A DNA stretch of 63,850 nucleotides, filler included. It is 4 parts of 4 records of this genome, joined end to end, with 100 filler letters (N's around TTAATTAATTAA, not from the genome) between each part and the next. Parts side by side here need not be neighbours in the genome. Positions count along the whole stretch, not along the records: positions 49,956 to 63,850 come from SRR2962707_899; 3 more parts are not named here. One strand, written 5' to 3'. The notes beneath the pieces are model-generated. The model did not search any database. It was not told the origin of the DNA and saw only the letters and a list, made by a program, of their open reading frames with translations. Of the stretch, positions 52,625-63,252 are shown piece by piece (the stretch's first letter is position 1; each line of letters opens with the position of its first letter). The translations under genes were made by a program, and so were the position numbers.

Positions 52625-53935
52625 ATGGGAACATTTAAAATAGAAGGTGGAGCTCAATTAAAAGGAGAGATCACTCCACAAGGTGCAAAAAATGAAGCAT
52701 TGCAAATACTTTGTGCTGTTTTACTTACCGACGAGAAAGTTACCATACACAATATTCCAAATATAATAGATGTCAATAAACTTATTGAGCTTCTAGAAAA
52801 CTTAGGCGTTAAGATTCAAAAAATAGGAGTTTCTTCTTATACTTTTGTTTCAGATGATCTTCATTTAGAATATTTACAATCGGAACAATTTAAAAAAGAT
52901 GGTCGCGGCTTACGTGGATCCATTATGATTGTTGGGCCATTATTAGCACGTTTTGGTAAAGGATACATTCCAAAACCAGGAGGAGATAAAATTGGACGAA
53001 GAAGACTAGATACACATTTTGAAGGTTTTATAAAGTTAGGCGCAAAATTTAGATACAATCGAGAGGAGTATTTCTATGGAGTAGAAGCCAAAAGACTAAA
53101 AGGGACATATATGCTTTTAGATGAAGCTTCTGTAACCGGTACTGCAAATATAGTTATGGCAGCGGTACTTGCAGAAGGTACAACTACCATTTACAATGCT
53201 GCTTGTGAGCCTTATTTACAGCAGCTGTGTAATATGCTAAATAGAATGGGCGCTAAAATAACAGGCGTTGGTTCTAACTTACTTACTATTGAAGGAGTTA
53301 AGAAACTTGGAGGTACCGAGCATACCATTTTGCCTGATATGATTGAAATTGGTAGCTGGATTGGAATGGCTGCTATGACTAAAAGTGAACTTACAATAAA
53401 AAATGTAAGATGGGATTATCTTGGGCAAATCCCAACCGTATTTAGAAAGTTAGGAATTACACTTGAGCAAAAAGGAGACGATATTTATATACCAGAACAT
53501 AAAAATGGCTATGAGGTGCAAAACTTTATAGATGGTTCTATTCTAACTATTTCTGATGCTCCGTGGCCAGGTTTTACTCCAGATTTATTGAGTATTATTT
53601 TAACGGTAGCAACACAAGCTAGAGGAAGCGTTTTGATCCATCAAAAAATGTTCGAAAGTCGACTTTTCTTTGTGGATAAATTAATAGATATGGGCGCAAA
53701 AATTATTCTTTGTGATCCACATAGAGCCACCGTAATTGGACACGATTTTAAATCTACTTTAAAAGCTACTACCATGACTTCCCCAGATATTAGAGCTGGT
53801 ATTTCCTTATTAATTGCAGCACTTTCTGCAAAAGGAACATCTACCATTCATAATATTGAGCAAATAGATAGAGGGTATCAAGATATAGATGAAAGATTAA
53901 AAGCTATTGGCGCCAAAATTGTGCGTTTAGATTAA
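52625..53935 (+). CDS. murA: UDP-N-acetylglucosamine 1-carboxyvinyltransferase
   Basis: GAKN, PGGDKIG.R.LD.H, SVTGTAN, NAACEP, PDIRAG, IDRGY. Confidence 0.96.
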   Translation: MGTFKIEGGAQLKGEITPQGAKNEALQILCAVLLTDEKVTIHNIPNIIDVNKLIELLENLGVKIQKIGVSSYTFVSDDLHLEYLQSEQFKKDGRGLRGSIMIVGPLLARFGKGYIPKPGGDKIGRRRLDTHFEGFIKLGAKFRYNREEYFYGVEAKRLKGTYMLLDEASVTGTANIVMAAVLAEGTTTIYNAACEPYLQQLCNMLNRMGAKITGVGSNLLTIEGVKKLGGTEHTILPDMIEIGSWIGMAAMTKSELTIKNVRWDYLGQIPTVFRKLGITLEQKGDDIYIPEHKNGYEVQNFIDGSILTISDAPWPGFTPDLLSIILTVATQARGSVLIHQKMFESRLFFVDKLIDMGAKIILCDPHRATVIGHDFKSTLKATTMTSPDIRAGISLLIAALSAKGTSTIHNIEQIDRGYQDIDERLKAIGAKIVRLD

Positions 53936-53954
53936 GCTTTCATTAAAAGTAATA

Positions 53955-54383
53955 TTATACAAAAAGTTCCTCCTCGAGGGACTTTTTGCTTTTATAAAGG
54001 TCAAACAAAAAGGGAGTAGCCTCAATTGGAGAATAGAAAAATTGAGCTTCAGTAATTTTTCCATTTTCTATTTTGTAAAGACATAATTCCTCCATTTCGC
54101 GTCGACCGATATCTGCAAAAGTAATATCGCTTGTCATTTTGAGAACAAAATAATTGTCGGCTATCAAAGGCTCTGAAACAGAATTATGATGTATTTCAAC
54201 AATGTTTTCTTGATTTTCAAGAAATTCATTAATAATAATATGTTTACCTTCAGTAATAGTAGCAACAGGATTTTCTATTTCTTTGCTAATAGCATGCATA
54301 TCATATAACTCATGGTAAATTTCTATGTGACGCCCTTGTCGAAAAAGCGAAACAAACCGTTTGGCTATTTGTTTTGTGTTCAT
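53955..54383 (-). CDS. SnoaL-like (NTF2 fold) protein
   Basis: IAKRFV.L.RQG...ELY...A.S.E, VSEPLIADNYF, MEELCLYKIENGKI..AQFFY. Confidence 0.8.
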   Translation of the reverse strand: MNTKQIAKRFVSLFRQGRHIEIYHELYDMHAISKEIENPVATITEGKHIIINEFLENQENIVEIHHNSVSEPLIADNYFVLKMTSDITFADIGRREMEELCLYKIENGKITEAQFFYSPIEATPFLFDLYKSKKSLEEELFV

Positions 54384-54552
54384 AGTTTTAATTTTCAGCT
54401 AAGATATAAAGTGTTTTAAATTAAAAAGTTACCTTTGAGTTAACCCTAAATTATATGATTGAAAAGAAGAAAAATTCGACTAAAATCTGTCAAGGCGCAA
54501 TTTTCTCCTTAAAAATATGTAATTTTACAAACCATATATTTCCATTATAAAT

Positions 54553-55092
54553 ATGAGTCAAAAAGTCTTGCTTTCCGCGAAAGAAATCAACATCATACTT
54601 CATCGATTGGCTTGTCAACTCATTGAAAATCATATAGATTTTAAGAATACAGTGCTAATTGGGATTCAGCCTAGAGGTGTTTTTTTAGCCGAACGTTTAA
54701 AAACACTCCTAGAAGAAGAATACAAAATTGCCGATATTAAATTGGGGTATCTAGACATAACATTCTATCGAGACGATTTTAGAAGAGGCGACAAACCTTT
54801 GGAAGCTAATAAAACAAAAATCGATTTTTTAGTTGAAGATAAAAATGTGGTTTTTGTAGATGATGTTTTATATACAGGAAGAAGTATTAGAGCAGCATTA
54901 ACTGCGATACAATCTTTTGGGCGTCCAAATGAAATAGAACTTCTAACCTTAATAGATAGACGTTTTAGTAGGCACTTGCCAATTCAGCCAGATTATAGAG
55001 GAAGACAAGTAGATGCTATTAATCAGGAAAAAGTGAAGGTGATGTGGAAGGAGCAAGAAGGAGAAGATAAAGTATACATGATAAATAAATAG
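54553..55092 (+). CDS. pyrR: Pyrimidine regulatory protein / uracil phosphoribosyltransferase
   Basis: LDITFYRDD, VDDVLYTGRSIRAAL, LIDRR..RHLPIQPDY. Confidence 0.95.
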   Translation: MSQKVLLSAKEINIILHRLACQLIENHIDFKNTVLIGIQPRGVFLAERLKTLLEEEYKIADIKLGYLDITFYRDDFRRGDKPLEANKTKIDFLVEDKNVVFVDDVLYTGRSIRAALTAIQSFGRPNEIELLTLIDRRFSRHLPIQPDYRGRQVDAINQEKVKVMWKEQEGEDKVYMINK

Positions 55093-55099
55093 CTGCAAG

Positions 55100-56029
55100 A
55101 TGAGCGAATTAAGTGTAAACCACTTACTGGGAATTAAATATCTAAATGAAGCAGATATTCAATTGATTTTTGAAACTGCAGATCATTTTAAAGAAGTTAT
55201 TAATAGACCAATTAAAAAGGTACCTTCTCTTCGAGATATTACCATTGCTAATTTATTTTTTGAAAATAGTACGCGTACAAAGCTTTCTTTTGAGTTAGCA
55301 GAAAAAAGACTTTCTGCGGATGTTATCAATTTTTCTGCGGCACAATCTTCAGTAAAAAAAGGAGAAACGCTTATTGATACCGTAAACAATATCCTTTCCA
55401 TGAAAGTGGATATGGTTGTAATGAGACATCCAAATCCAGGCGCTGGGGTATTTCTTTCTAAAAATGTAAAGGCAAGTATTATAAATGCAGGAGATGGAGC
55501 TCATGAGCATCCAACGCAAGCACTTTTAGATTCCTATTCAATAAGAGAAAAACTAGGAGATGTTGCTGGAAAAAATGTAGTTATTGTTGGAGATATTTTA
55601 CATTCTAGAGTAGCATTGTCAAACATCTTTGCTCTAAAATTGCAAGGGGCAAATGTAAAAGTTTGCGGCCCCAAAACATTGATTCCAAAATATATAACTT
55701 CCTTAGGCGTAGCAGTAGAAACCGATTTACGTAAGGCCTTAGCATGGTGTGATGTTGCTAATATGCTTCGAGTGCAAAATGAGCGTATGGATATTAGTTA
55801 TTTCCCGTCAACTAGAGAATACACGCAGCAATTTGGAGTTAATAAAGCGTTGTTAGATTCTTTAGATAAAGAAATTATAATAATGCATCCAGGACCTATT
55901 AATCGCGGTGTAGAAATTACCAGCGATGTGGCAGATTCTAAACAGGCTATTATCCTTAATCAAGTGGAAAATGGAGTAGCAGTTAGAATGGCAGCAATTT
56001 ATTTATTGGCTTCTAAAATAAAACAGTAG
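55100..56029 (+). CDS. pyrB: Aspartate carbamoyltransferase catalytic subunit
   Basis: FFENSTRT, NAGDGAHEHPTQALLD, MHPGPINRGVEI. Confidence 0.96.
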   Translation: MSELSVNHLLGIKYLNEADIQLIFETADHFKEVINRPIKKVPSLRDITIANLFFENSTRTKLSFELAEKRLSADVINFSAAQSSVKKGETLIDTVNNILSMKVDMVVMRHPNPGAGVFLSKNVKASIINAGDGAHEHPTQALLDSYSIREKLGDVAGKNVVIVGDILHSRVALSNIFALKLQGANVKVCGPKTLIPKYITSLGVAVETDLRKALAWCDVANMLRVQNERMDISYFPSTREYTQQFGVNKALLDSLDKEIIIMHPGPINRGVEITSDVADSKQAIILNQVENGVAVRMAAIYLLASKIKQ

Positions 56030-56033
56030 GATT

Positions 56034-56366
56034 ATGATAATTGATAGACAAGAGAATATTACCGTAATAACTCAAGAGAGTGTTTCTCTTGGAAAGTTTA
56101 TAGAACGCTTTAAAGAGTCGTATTCAAAATATAAAAAAGATCATTTAATACTAAATTTACTTTCATTAAGTAATCTTTCAGCTAGTGATTTAATGGAGTT
56201 TCTAGAATTGTCTCGAGATCATCGTTCTGCAAAAAAATCCTTTGTTATAGTAACCAATACTGTAAGTTTTAATGATGTAAATGAAGAGCTTGTGGTTACA
56301 CCAACATTGGAGGAAGCATACGATGTAATAGAAATGGAAGATATTGAACGTGATCTTGATTTTTAA
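56034..56366 (+). CDS. Conserved flavobacterial hypothetical protein (STAS-like) upstream of rnz
   Basis: KKSFVIV...VTPTLEEAYDVIEMEDIERDL. Confidence 0.8.
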   Translation: MIIDRQENITVITQESVSLGKFIERFKESYSKYKKDHLILNLLSLSNLSASDLMEFLELSRDHRSAKKSFVIVTNTVSFNDVNEELVVTPTLEEAYDVIEMEDIERDLDF

Positions 56367-56396
56367 GATAACAGTTGTAAATCTTCTATAAATAGT

Positions 56397-57311
56397 ATGA
56401 ACAATCTTAAACTCCACATATTAGGGTGTTACAGCGCAACACCAAGGGCTTTTACAAATCCTACAGCGCAGGCACTAGAAATAAAAAACCATATTTTTCT
56501 GATAGATTGTGGAGAAGGTACCCAAGTGCAATTAAGGAGGCAGAAGATTAAATTTGCCCGCATCAAGCATATTTTTATTTCTCATTTACATGGAGATCAT
56601 TTTTTCGGACTTCCGGGTTTATTGTCTACTTTTAGATTACTTGGAAGGGATACACCGCTTCATGTTTATGGACCAAAAGGGATAAAGGAAGCGGTAACTT
56701 TAATGCTGAAAGTAGGGAGTGCTTGGACTAATTATCCATTGATTTTTCATGAATTACAGGCTAATACTTCTGAGTTAATTTTTGAAGATGATAAAGTTGA
56801 GGTATTCACAATTCCTTTAAAACATCGTGTGTATACTAATGGCTTTTTGTTTAAAGAAAAATTAGGAGATAGAAAGCTAGATGTCAATGCCGTATTAAAT
56901 TATAATATTGATAAATGTTTTTATCAGAATATAAAAAAAGGAAAAGATGTTACCTTAGATGATGGGTCTGTGGTTGCTAATGATAAACTTACTTTGGACC
57001 CTCAGAAGCCAAAGAGCTATGCCTTTTGTAGTGATACTTCTTACAAGGAAGATATTGTCCCGATAATTAAAGAGGTAACCATGTTATACCATGAGTCTAC
57101 TTTTTTGGAGCAACATGAAAAATTAGCCCTTGAAACAGGTCATTCTACCGCAAAACAGGCAGGAATTATTGCAAAAAAAGCAGCTGTAGGGGGATTGATT
57201 TTGGGGCATTACTCAACAAGGTATAACGATTTAAATGAATTTAAAGAAGAAGCAAAACAGGTTTTTGATAAAGTAGCTCTTGCAGAAGATGGTAAAGAGT
57301 TTTTATTCTAA
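56397..57311 (+). CDS. rnz: Ribonuclease Z
   Basis: DCGEGTQ, SHLHGDH, YHESTF, HST, GHYSTRY. Confidence 0.95.
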   Translation: MNNLKLHILGCYSATPRAFTNPTAQALEIKNHIFLIDCGEGTQVQLRRQKIKFARIKHIFISHLHGDHFFGLPGLLSTFRLLGRDTPLHVYGPKGIKEAVTLMLKVGSAWTNYPLIFHELQANTSELIFEDDKVEVFTIPLKHRVYTNGFLFKEKLGDRKLDVNAVLNYNIDKCFYQNIKKGKDVTLDDGSVVANDKLTLDPQKPKSYAFCSDTSYKEDIVPIIKEVTMLYHESTFLEQHEKLALETGHSTAKQAGIIAKKAAVGGLILGHYSTRYNDLNEFKEEAKQVFDKVALAEDGKEFLF

Positions 57312-57357
57312 AAAAACTGAAAGCAGCTATCTTTTAAGTAATGAAAAATGTAGTGCA

Positions 57358-58011
57358 ATGAAAAGTGAAAAGGATCTTAGCGATTATAGAAAAGTATATC
57401 AAAAAAGCGAATTATTAGAGACTAATATTCCCGATAACCCTATTCAATTATTCCAAACTTGGTTTTACGAAGTTGAGAAAAGCGGTGGAGTGGATGAGGC
57501 AAATGCAATGACAATTTCTACAATTGGTTTGGATGGTTTTCCTAAAAATAGAGTGGTTCTTTTAAAAAAATATACAGAGGAAGGATTTATATTTTACACT
57601 AATTACAATAGTGAAAAGGGAAAAGCTATTGCTGCAAACCCCAATTTATGTGCTTCTTTTTTTTGGCCCAATATTGAAAGACAAGTCATTATTAAAGGAA
57701 AAGCAGAGAAAATAGCTCCTAATCTTTCTGACGGTTATTTTGAATCGCGTCCTAGAGGAAGTCAGCTAGGAGCAATAGTTTCAAATCAAAGTGAAGTTTT
57801 AAGTTCTCGTGAAGAACTAGAATTAAAGCTTAAAGATTTAGAAGAATATTATGAAAACAAAGAAATACAGCGACCAGATTATTGGGGTGGGTATATTATT
57901 AAACCAGTATCTATAGAATTCTGGCAAGGAAGACCGAATAGACTTCATGATAGAATCCGATTTATCATACAAAATGAGTATGATTGGAAAATTGAAAGAT
58001 TGAATCCTTAA
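57358..58011 (+). CDS. pdxH: Pyridoxamine 5'-phosphate oxidase
   Basis: RVVLLK, FYTNYNSEKG, SRPRGSQ, EFWQGRPNRLHDR; start at ATG 57358. Confidence 0.95.
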   Translation: MKSEKDLSDYRKVYQKSELLETNIPDNPIQLFQTWFYEVEKSGGVDEANAMTISTIGLDGFPKNRVVLLKKYTEEGFIFYTNYNSEKGKAIAANPNLCASFFWPNIERQVIIKGKAEKIAPNLSDGYFESRPRGSQLGAIVSNQSEVLSSREELELKLKDLEEYYENKEIQRPDYWGGYIIKPVSIEFWQGRPNRLHDRIRFIIQNEYDWKIERLNP

Positions 58012-58017
58012 TAAAAA

Positions 58018-58090
58018 GTGCATTTCATCGATTATTTGTGCATTTCATAGATGATATGGTTTTGTTTCTATAAATTTGTATTATAGAAAC
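58018..58090 (+). promoter_or_regulatory. Promoter region with direct and inverted repeats
   Basis: GTGCATTTCAT(C/A)GAT at 58018 and 58038; -7 box TAAATTTG (58071-58078) overlapped by GTTTCTATAA/TTATAGAAAC. Confidence 0.6.
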
Positions 58091-58107
58091 CACATATACA
58101 CACTATT

Positions 58108-58605
58108 ATGGATGCTTTAGTAAGAATATTCGTTACTGCTCTGCTAGTTTGTTGTTTCTCATCTTTCTACTCTTGTAGTTCAGAAGATGTTTCAACAATT
58201 GAAGAACTTAACACTGAAAACTCAGTTTTCTATGTTAAAATTGAAGATGACGTTATCCATCTAATAAATGAATATCGAATGAGTAAGAATCTATCTCCTT
58301 TAGAGAAGCTTAATTTAATATCAATGGAAGCAAAGGAGCATACAGAGTATATGATTTCTGAAAATGAAGTTAATCATGATTATTTTGCTGATAGGGAATA
58401 TAATTTACGAAAAAGTGTTAATGCTGTTATGGTAGGAGAAAACGTTGGCTATGGTTACCATACTGCCAAAGGAGTGGTAGATGCTTGGATAAAGAGTGAT
58501 TCTCACCGGGAAAATATTGAAGGAGACTATACCACAACTGGGATTTCTGCTATGCAGAATAAAAAAGGAGACTATTTTTATACTCATATCTTCGTTAAAA
58601 GATAA
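58108..58605 (+). CDS. CAP (SCP-like) domain lipoprotein
   Basis: LINEYR, A..HT.YM, GENVGYG, AWIKSDSHRENI, YTHIF; lipobox-like FYSC. Confidence 0.9.
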   Translation: MDALVRIFVTALLVCCFSSFYSCSSEDVSTIEELNTENSVFYVKIEDDVIHLINEYRMSKNLSPLEKLNLISMEAKEHTEYMISENEVNHDYFADREYNLRKSVNAVMVGENVGYGYHTAKGVVDAWIKSDSHRENIEGDYTTTGISAMQNKKGDYFYTHIFVKR

Positions 58606-58894
58606 TAGAATTACACACTATTATTTCGTGTAAATAAATCAAATCTATTTTTCTACTTGTAATTATTTTTATGTTCAGTTGCTTCAAATTAAATACAATT
58701 TGTAAGTATTAGTAAGTCTTCACTTACCTTTATTTTAGTATATTCTGTAGTGTTTTTTTAATCATTTATTAGGAAAGAAAGCGCTCGCAATGCACTAAAA
58801 TGATAAAAAGATTTATTATTTTCATTTCATAGTAAACTGCGTTTGTTTTGGCTACTAATAAACAGCCTTAATAGTAAGTTTAAATTTTAAAATA

Positions 58895-59380
58895 ATGAAG
58901 CAACTTTATATTGTTAGGCACGGAAAATCTTCTTGGGATTATGGTGTTGATGATAAAGATCGCCCGTTGATGGAACGAGGGATTAATGACGCCATTTTGG
59001 TCTCTAATCATCTTAAAAAAAAGGTTAAAGCTATTGATGCTGTATTCTCAAGTCCTGCAAATAGAGCTTTACATACCTGTTTAATTTTTATGAGAAAATT
59101 AGAGTTGGATGTATCTAAAGTTATAATTACAGAGCAACTTTATGATTTTGGAGGTACTTCCGTGAGTAATTTTATAAAACAATTAGATAATAGCTATAAA
59201 AATGTTATGATTTTTGGACATAATCATGCATTCACCTCAATTTCTAATATCTTTGGAAATAAATCCATAGATAATCTTCCAACATCTGGAGTGGTTAAAT
59301 TAAATTTTGATATTGAAAGATGGCAAGATGTTGAGTATGGCACAACAGAATTAATTATTTTTCCAAAGCAACTTAAATAA
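58895..59380 (+). CDS. sixA: SixA-type histidine phosphatase
   Basis: VRHGKS, DRPL.ERG, SSPANRA, FGHN. Confidence 0.88.
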   Translation: MKQLYIVRHGKSSWDYGVDDKDRPLMERGINDAILVSNHLKKKVKAIDAVFSSPANRALHTCLIFMRKLELDVSKVIITEQLYDFGGTSVSNFIKQLDNSYKNVMIFGHNHAFTSISNIFGNKSIDNLPTSGVVKLNFDIERWQDVEYGTTELIIFPKQLK

Positions 59381-61483
59381 ATGAACGAAGTAAAAAATCA
59401 ATATATAAATAGAGAAATTAGCTGGCTTCAATTTAATGCCAGAGTATTACAAGAAGCAGAAGACACAACAGTTCCACTTATCGAAAGGCTTCGTTTTCTG
59501 GGGATTTTTTCAAATAATTTAGATGAATTTTTCAAAGTGCGCTATGCTACTGTAAAACGGATTGCGCTTTCAGGAAAAACGGGAAAAAGTGTGCTAGGAG
59601 GTGCTAAAGCCAAAGATTTGATGGAAGATATTACCCAAATAGTAATTAATCATCAAACAGAAAGCCTTAGGATTTTAAGTGATATTGAAAAAGAATTAGA
59701 GTCTGAAAATATCTTTATGATAAAAGAAGACGAAGTAACTCCTGAGCAAAACGATTTTATAAAAAATTATTTTTATGAAAAAGTTAGCCCAGCTCTTGTA
59801 ACGATTATGCTTAACGATTTGGATGAAATTCCAAATCTAAAAGATAGTGCTGGGTATTTAGCAGTTAAAATGTCCATGAAGACGGATCAGAAAGTGGAAG
59901 GTGTAAAAGGATTATTTAAGGCTAAACATCAGGATGTAAGATATGCTTTGGTAGAAATTCCAAGAACTATTGACCGGTTTGTGGTACTTCCTAGTAAGGG
60001 AGATAAGCAATTTATTATCATTTTAGATGATTTGATTCGCTATTGTATGGGAAGTATTTTTAACATCTTTAATTACGATTCTCTTTCGGCTCATATGATT
60101 AAAATTACTTTAGATGCGGAATTAGATATTGACAGCGACTTAAGTAAAAGTTTTATCGAAAAAATTTCTTCCAGCGTAAAAGGGCGTAGATTGAGTGAAC
60201 CTGTGCGCTTTGTTTATGATAAAAATATTGAAAAAGACACGCTAAAGTTCCTTAAAGATAAAATGGGAATAGACGATACCGATAGTGTTATTCCTGGGGG
60301 GAGATACCATAACAGACGAGATTATATGGGGTTTCCGAGTTTGGGAAGACCTGATTTAATGTATAAAAAGTTCCCGCCATTACCAGTAAAAGGATTAACT
60401 CACGATGGGAGTTTATTTGAAGCAATTGCTAAAAAAGATTATTTACAATACGCACCTTATCATACTTTTTCAAATGTGATTAAGTTTTTACGAGAGGCTG
60501 CAATCGATCCGAAAGTAAAAACTATTAAGATTACGGTATACCGTCTGGCTCGAAATTCTCAGGTAGCAAGTTCCTTAATTAATGCTGTAAAAAATGGGAA
60601 AGAAGTTACTGTACAAATAGAGTTGCAAGCGCGTTTTGATGAAGAAGCAAATATAGAATATGCAGAAATGCTTCAATCGGAAGGGGTAAAGCTTATTTTT
60701 GGAGTTCAAGGATTAAAAGTCCACAGTAAAATTTGTCTTATTGAGCGTTTAGAAGAAGAAAAGATGGTGCGATATGGTTTTGTAAGTACAGGAAATTTTA
60801 ACGAGTCTACTGCAAAAATTTATACCGATTATACACTTTTTACCGCAGATCAAGGGGTTTTAAAGGAACTGGATAAGGTTTTTGATTTCTTTCAAACCAA
60901 CTATAAAATCAATAAATACAAGCATTTAATAGTTTCTCCACATTACACTAAAAGAGCATTTTCTAAACTAATAGATAAAGAAATTGAAAATGCAAAAGCT
61001 GGAAAAGAAGCGTTTATTAAAATTAAAATGAACAGCTTTACAAGTTATAAAATGGTTGATAAACTATATGAGGCTAGTAGGAATGGGGTTAAAGTTCAAT
61101 TAATTGTTAGAGGGACTTGTTGTTTAATTCCAGGGGTGCCAGGAATGAGTGAAAATATAGAAGCTATTAGTGTAGTGGATAGATTTTTAGAGCATCCTAG
61201 GTTGTTTATTTTTGGAAATGATGGCGATCCAAAGTTTTATATTTCCTCCGCCGATTGGATGACCCGAAATTTAGATTTTAGAGTAGAAGTTGGTTGTCCA
61301 ATTTATGATGAAGATATCAAAAAAGAATTATTAGATACTTTTGAAATATGTTGGAAGGACAATGTAAAAGCAAGAGTTTTATCAGAAAGGCATGATAATG
61401 CCTATAGAAAGACTAAAGGAGCTAAATATAGATCGCAGTTTGAAACTTATGAATATTATTTAAGAAAGCAAATAGGTAAATAA
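59381..61483 (+). CDS. ppk1: Polyphosphate kinase 1
   Basis: NREISWLQFNARV, SNNLDEFF.VR, ELQARFDEE.N, KVHSK, DRFLEH, SSADWMTRN. Confidence 0.97.
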   Translation: MNEVKNQYINREISWLQFNARVLQEAEDTTVPLIERLRFLGIFSNNLDEFFKVRYATVKRIALSGKTGKSVLGGAKAKDLMEDITQIVINHQTESLRILSDIEKELESENIFMIKEDEVTPEQNDFIKNYFYEKVSPALVTIMLNDLDEIPNLKDSAGYLAVKMSMKTDQKVEGVKGLFKAKHQDVRYALVEIPRTIDRFVVLPSKGDKQFIIILDDLIRYCMGSIFNIFNYDSLSAHMIKITLDAELDIDSDLSKSFIEKISSSVKGRRLSEPVRFVYDKNIEKDTLKFLKDKMGIDDTDSVIPGGRYHNRRDYMGFPSLGRPDLMYKKFPPLPVKGLTHDGSLFEAIAKKDYLQYAPYHTFSNVIKFLREAAIDPKVKTIKITVYRLARNSQVASSLINAVKNGKEVTVQIELQARFDEEANIEYAEMLQSEGVKLIFGVQGLKVHSKICLIERLEEEKMVRYGFVSTGNFNESTAKIYTDYTLFTADQGVLKELDKVFDFFQTNYKINKYKHLIVSPHYTKRAFSKLIDKEIENAKAGKEAFIKIKMNSFTSYKMVDKLYEASRNGVKVQLIVRGTCCLIPGVPGMSENIEAISVVDRFLEHPRLFIFGNDGDPKFYISSADWMTRNLDFRVEVGCPIYDEDIKKELLDTFEICWKDNVKARVLSERHDNAYRKTKGAKYRSQFETYEYYLRKQIGK

Positions 61484-61495
61484 TAAAGAGTTTGT

Positions 61496-62410
61496 ATGTT
61501 GAAAATAAGGAAGTTTGCCGCTATAGATATTGGATCGAATGCAATTAGATTATTGATAAATAACGTAATTGAGTATGAATTTAAAGATACTCAGTTTAAA
61601 AAAAGCTCTTTAGTGCGAGTGCCTGTAAGATTGGGACAGGACTCTTTTACAGTGGGAGAGATTTCAAAGCAAAACTGTGAAAGAATGATAGATGCTATGA
61701 AGTCCTTTAAATTACTAATGAAAGTTCATGGAGTAGAAAAATATATGGCTTGTGCTACATCGGCTATGAGAGAGGCTAACAATGGAAATGAGTTGGTAGA
61801 AACTATTAAGAGGAAGTCTGGCATTGAGATAGAAATTATAGATGGTAAAAAAGAGGCAGCTATTATTGCATCTACAGATTTACATACTTTAATAGAAAAA
61901 GATAAGACGTATTTATATATTGATGTAGGAGGGGGGAGTACCGAGTTTACCATTTTTAGTGATAGTAAGATTGTAGCCTCAAAGTCATATAAAATAGGAA
62001 CTGTACGCTTACTTAACGAAATGATTTCTGCGGAAACTTGGAAGGATATTGAGAAATGGATAAAAAATCATTCCAAAAAGTACAAGAGCATAGAAATAAT
62101 TGGTTCTGGCGGAAATATCAATAAACTCTTTAAAATGTCAGGTAGAAAGCCTGGAGAGCCGTTATCTTATATTTATTTAAATGCACAGTACCAATTTCTT
62201 CAAGAAATGAGTTATGAAGATAGGATTTCCGAATTAGGGCTAAATCCAGATCGTGCAGATGTAATTATTCCTGCATCCCGAATTTATTTAAATGCTTCAA
62301 AATGGAGCGGAGCTAAGAAAATTCATGTTCCTAAAATAGGCTTGTCTGATGGAATTATAAAACTGCTTTATAATACTGAAAAAGAAAAAAATATGCCTTT
62401 AATTCAGTAA
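61496..62410 (+). CDS. ppx: Ppx/GppA-family exopolyphosphatase
   Basis: AIDIGSNAIRL, ATSAMREA.N, DVGGGSTE, DRADVI.PA. Confidence 0.93.
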   Translation: MLKIRKFAAIDIGSNAIRLLINNVIEYEFKDTQFKKSSLVRVPVRLGQDSFTVGEISKQNCERMIDAMKSFKLLMKVHGVEKYMACATSAMREANNGNELVETIKRKSGIEIEIIDGKKEAAIIASTDLHTLIEKDKTYLYIDVGGGSTEFTIFSDSKIVASKSYKIGTVRLLNEMISAETWKDIEKWIKNHSKKYKSIEIIGSGGNINKLFKMSGRKPGEPLSYIYLNAQYQFLQEMSYEDRISELGLNPDRADVIIPASRIYLNASKWSGAKKIHVPKIGLSDGIIKLLYNTEKEKNMPLIQ

Positions 62411-62504
62411 AAAGTAAAAGATTATTTAAACCTATTAGAGTCTGAATAAAGATATAAGACCGCTTACGCTGTTAGGTAGAAAAAATTGTAATTATGATAA
62501 AGTC

Positions 62505-63086
62505 TTAACCATGAATAGTCTCCTTTTTGCCGAGGTCTTTCATTATTTCAGCTTCAAAACCTAAAAGGGCTTGCCATTTTTTGTTAGTTTCTGTTTCGCC
62601 TCCGTATTTTCTGGCAAATTGTAAAAACATAGTGTAATGGTTTGCTTCGCTTACCATCAAATTTCTATAGAAAGTACGTAGTTCTTCGTCTTCTAAATTT
62701 TCAGATAAAAGTCTAAAGCGTTCACAGCTTCTGGCTTCTATTAATGCGGCATATAGGAGTTTATGAACCAAAAAAGTAGTTCTGCTTCCTCCTTTTGGAA
62801 AAAATGTCATTAAGCGGTTTACGTATTCATCTTTTCGATCGCGACCAAGAACCCAACCTCGTTCGATTATTTTATCGTGTACCATTTTAAAATGACTTAT
62901 TTCTTCTTTTACCAAAGCTGTCATTTCTTGTACAATATCGGTATACTCTGGAAATAGAACTATAAATGAAATAGCTGTGCTTGTAGCTTTTTGCTCACAA
63001 AAAGCATGGTCAGTAAGGATTTCCTCTAAATTTTTTTCAACGATATTAACCCATCTAGGATCTGTTGGGAGTTTCAAACCGAGCAT
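62505..63086 (-). CDS. miaE: tRNA-(ms2io6A37) hydroxylase
   Basis: DHAFCEQKA, EEISHF, ALIEARSCERF, SEANHY di-iron motifs. Confidence 0.93.
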   Translation of the reverse strand: MLGLKLPTDPRWVNIVEKNLEEILTDHAFCEQKATSTAISFIVLFPEYTDIVQEMTALVKEEISHFKMVHDKIIERGWVLGRDRKDEYVNRLMTFFPKGGSRTTFLVHKLLYAALIEARSCERFRLLSENLEDEELRTFYRNLMVSEANHYTMFLQFARKYGGETETNKKWQALLGFEAEIMKDLGKKETIHG

Positions 63087-63252
63087 AATCTAATTTCATT
63101 TAAATGAATTGCAAATATACTAACTTTATAAGGTTGTAGAAAGTTTATCTCTTATAGAAGGTTTAATTACTGAAAGCCTATTTAGTTTTGTTTAAAGTAG
63201 ATTGATTAGAGAATAGAGAAATTGAGTTGACAAATTTTTCGTTGTAGTGGGC

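Noticed and set aside
58606-58894. Possible sRNA in the AT-rich spacer before sixA
   Set aside because: No convincing stable structure, terminator or ORF visible.
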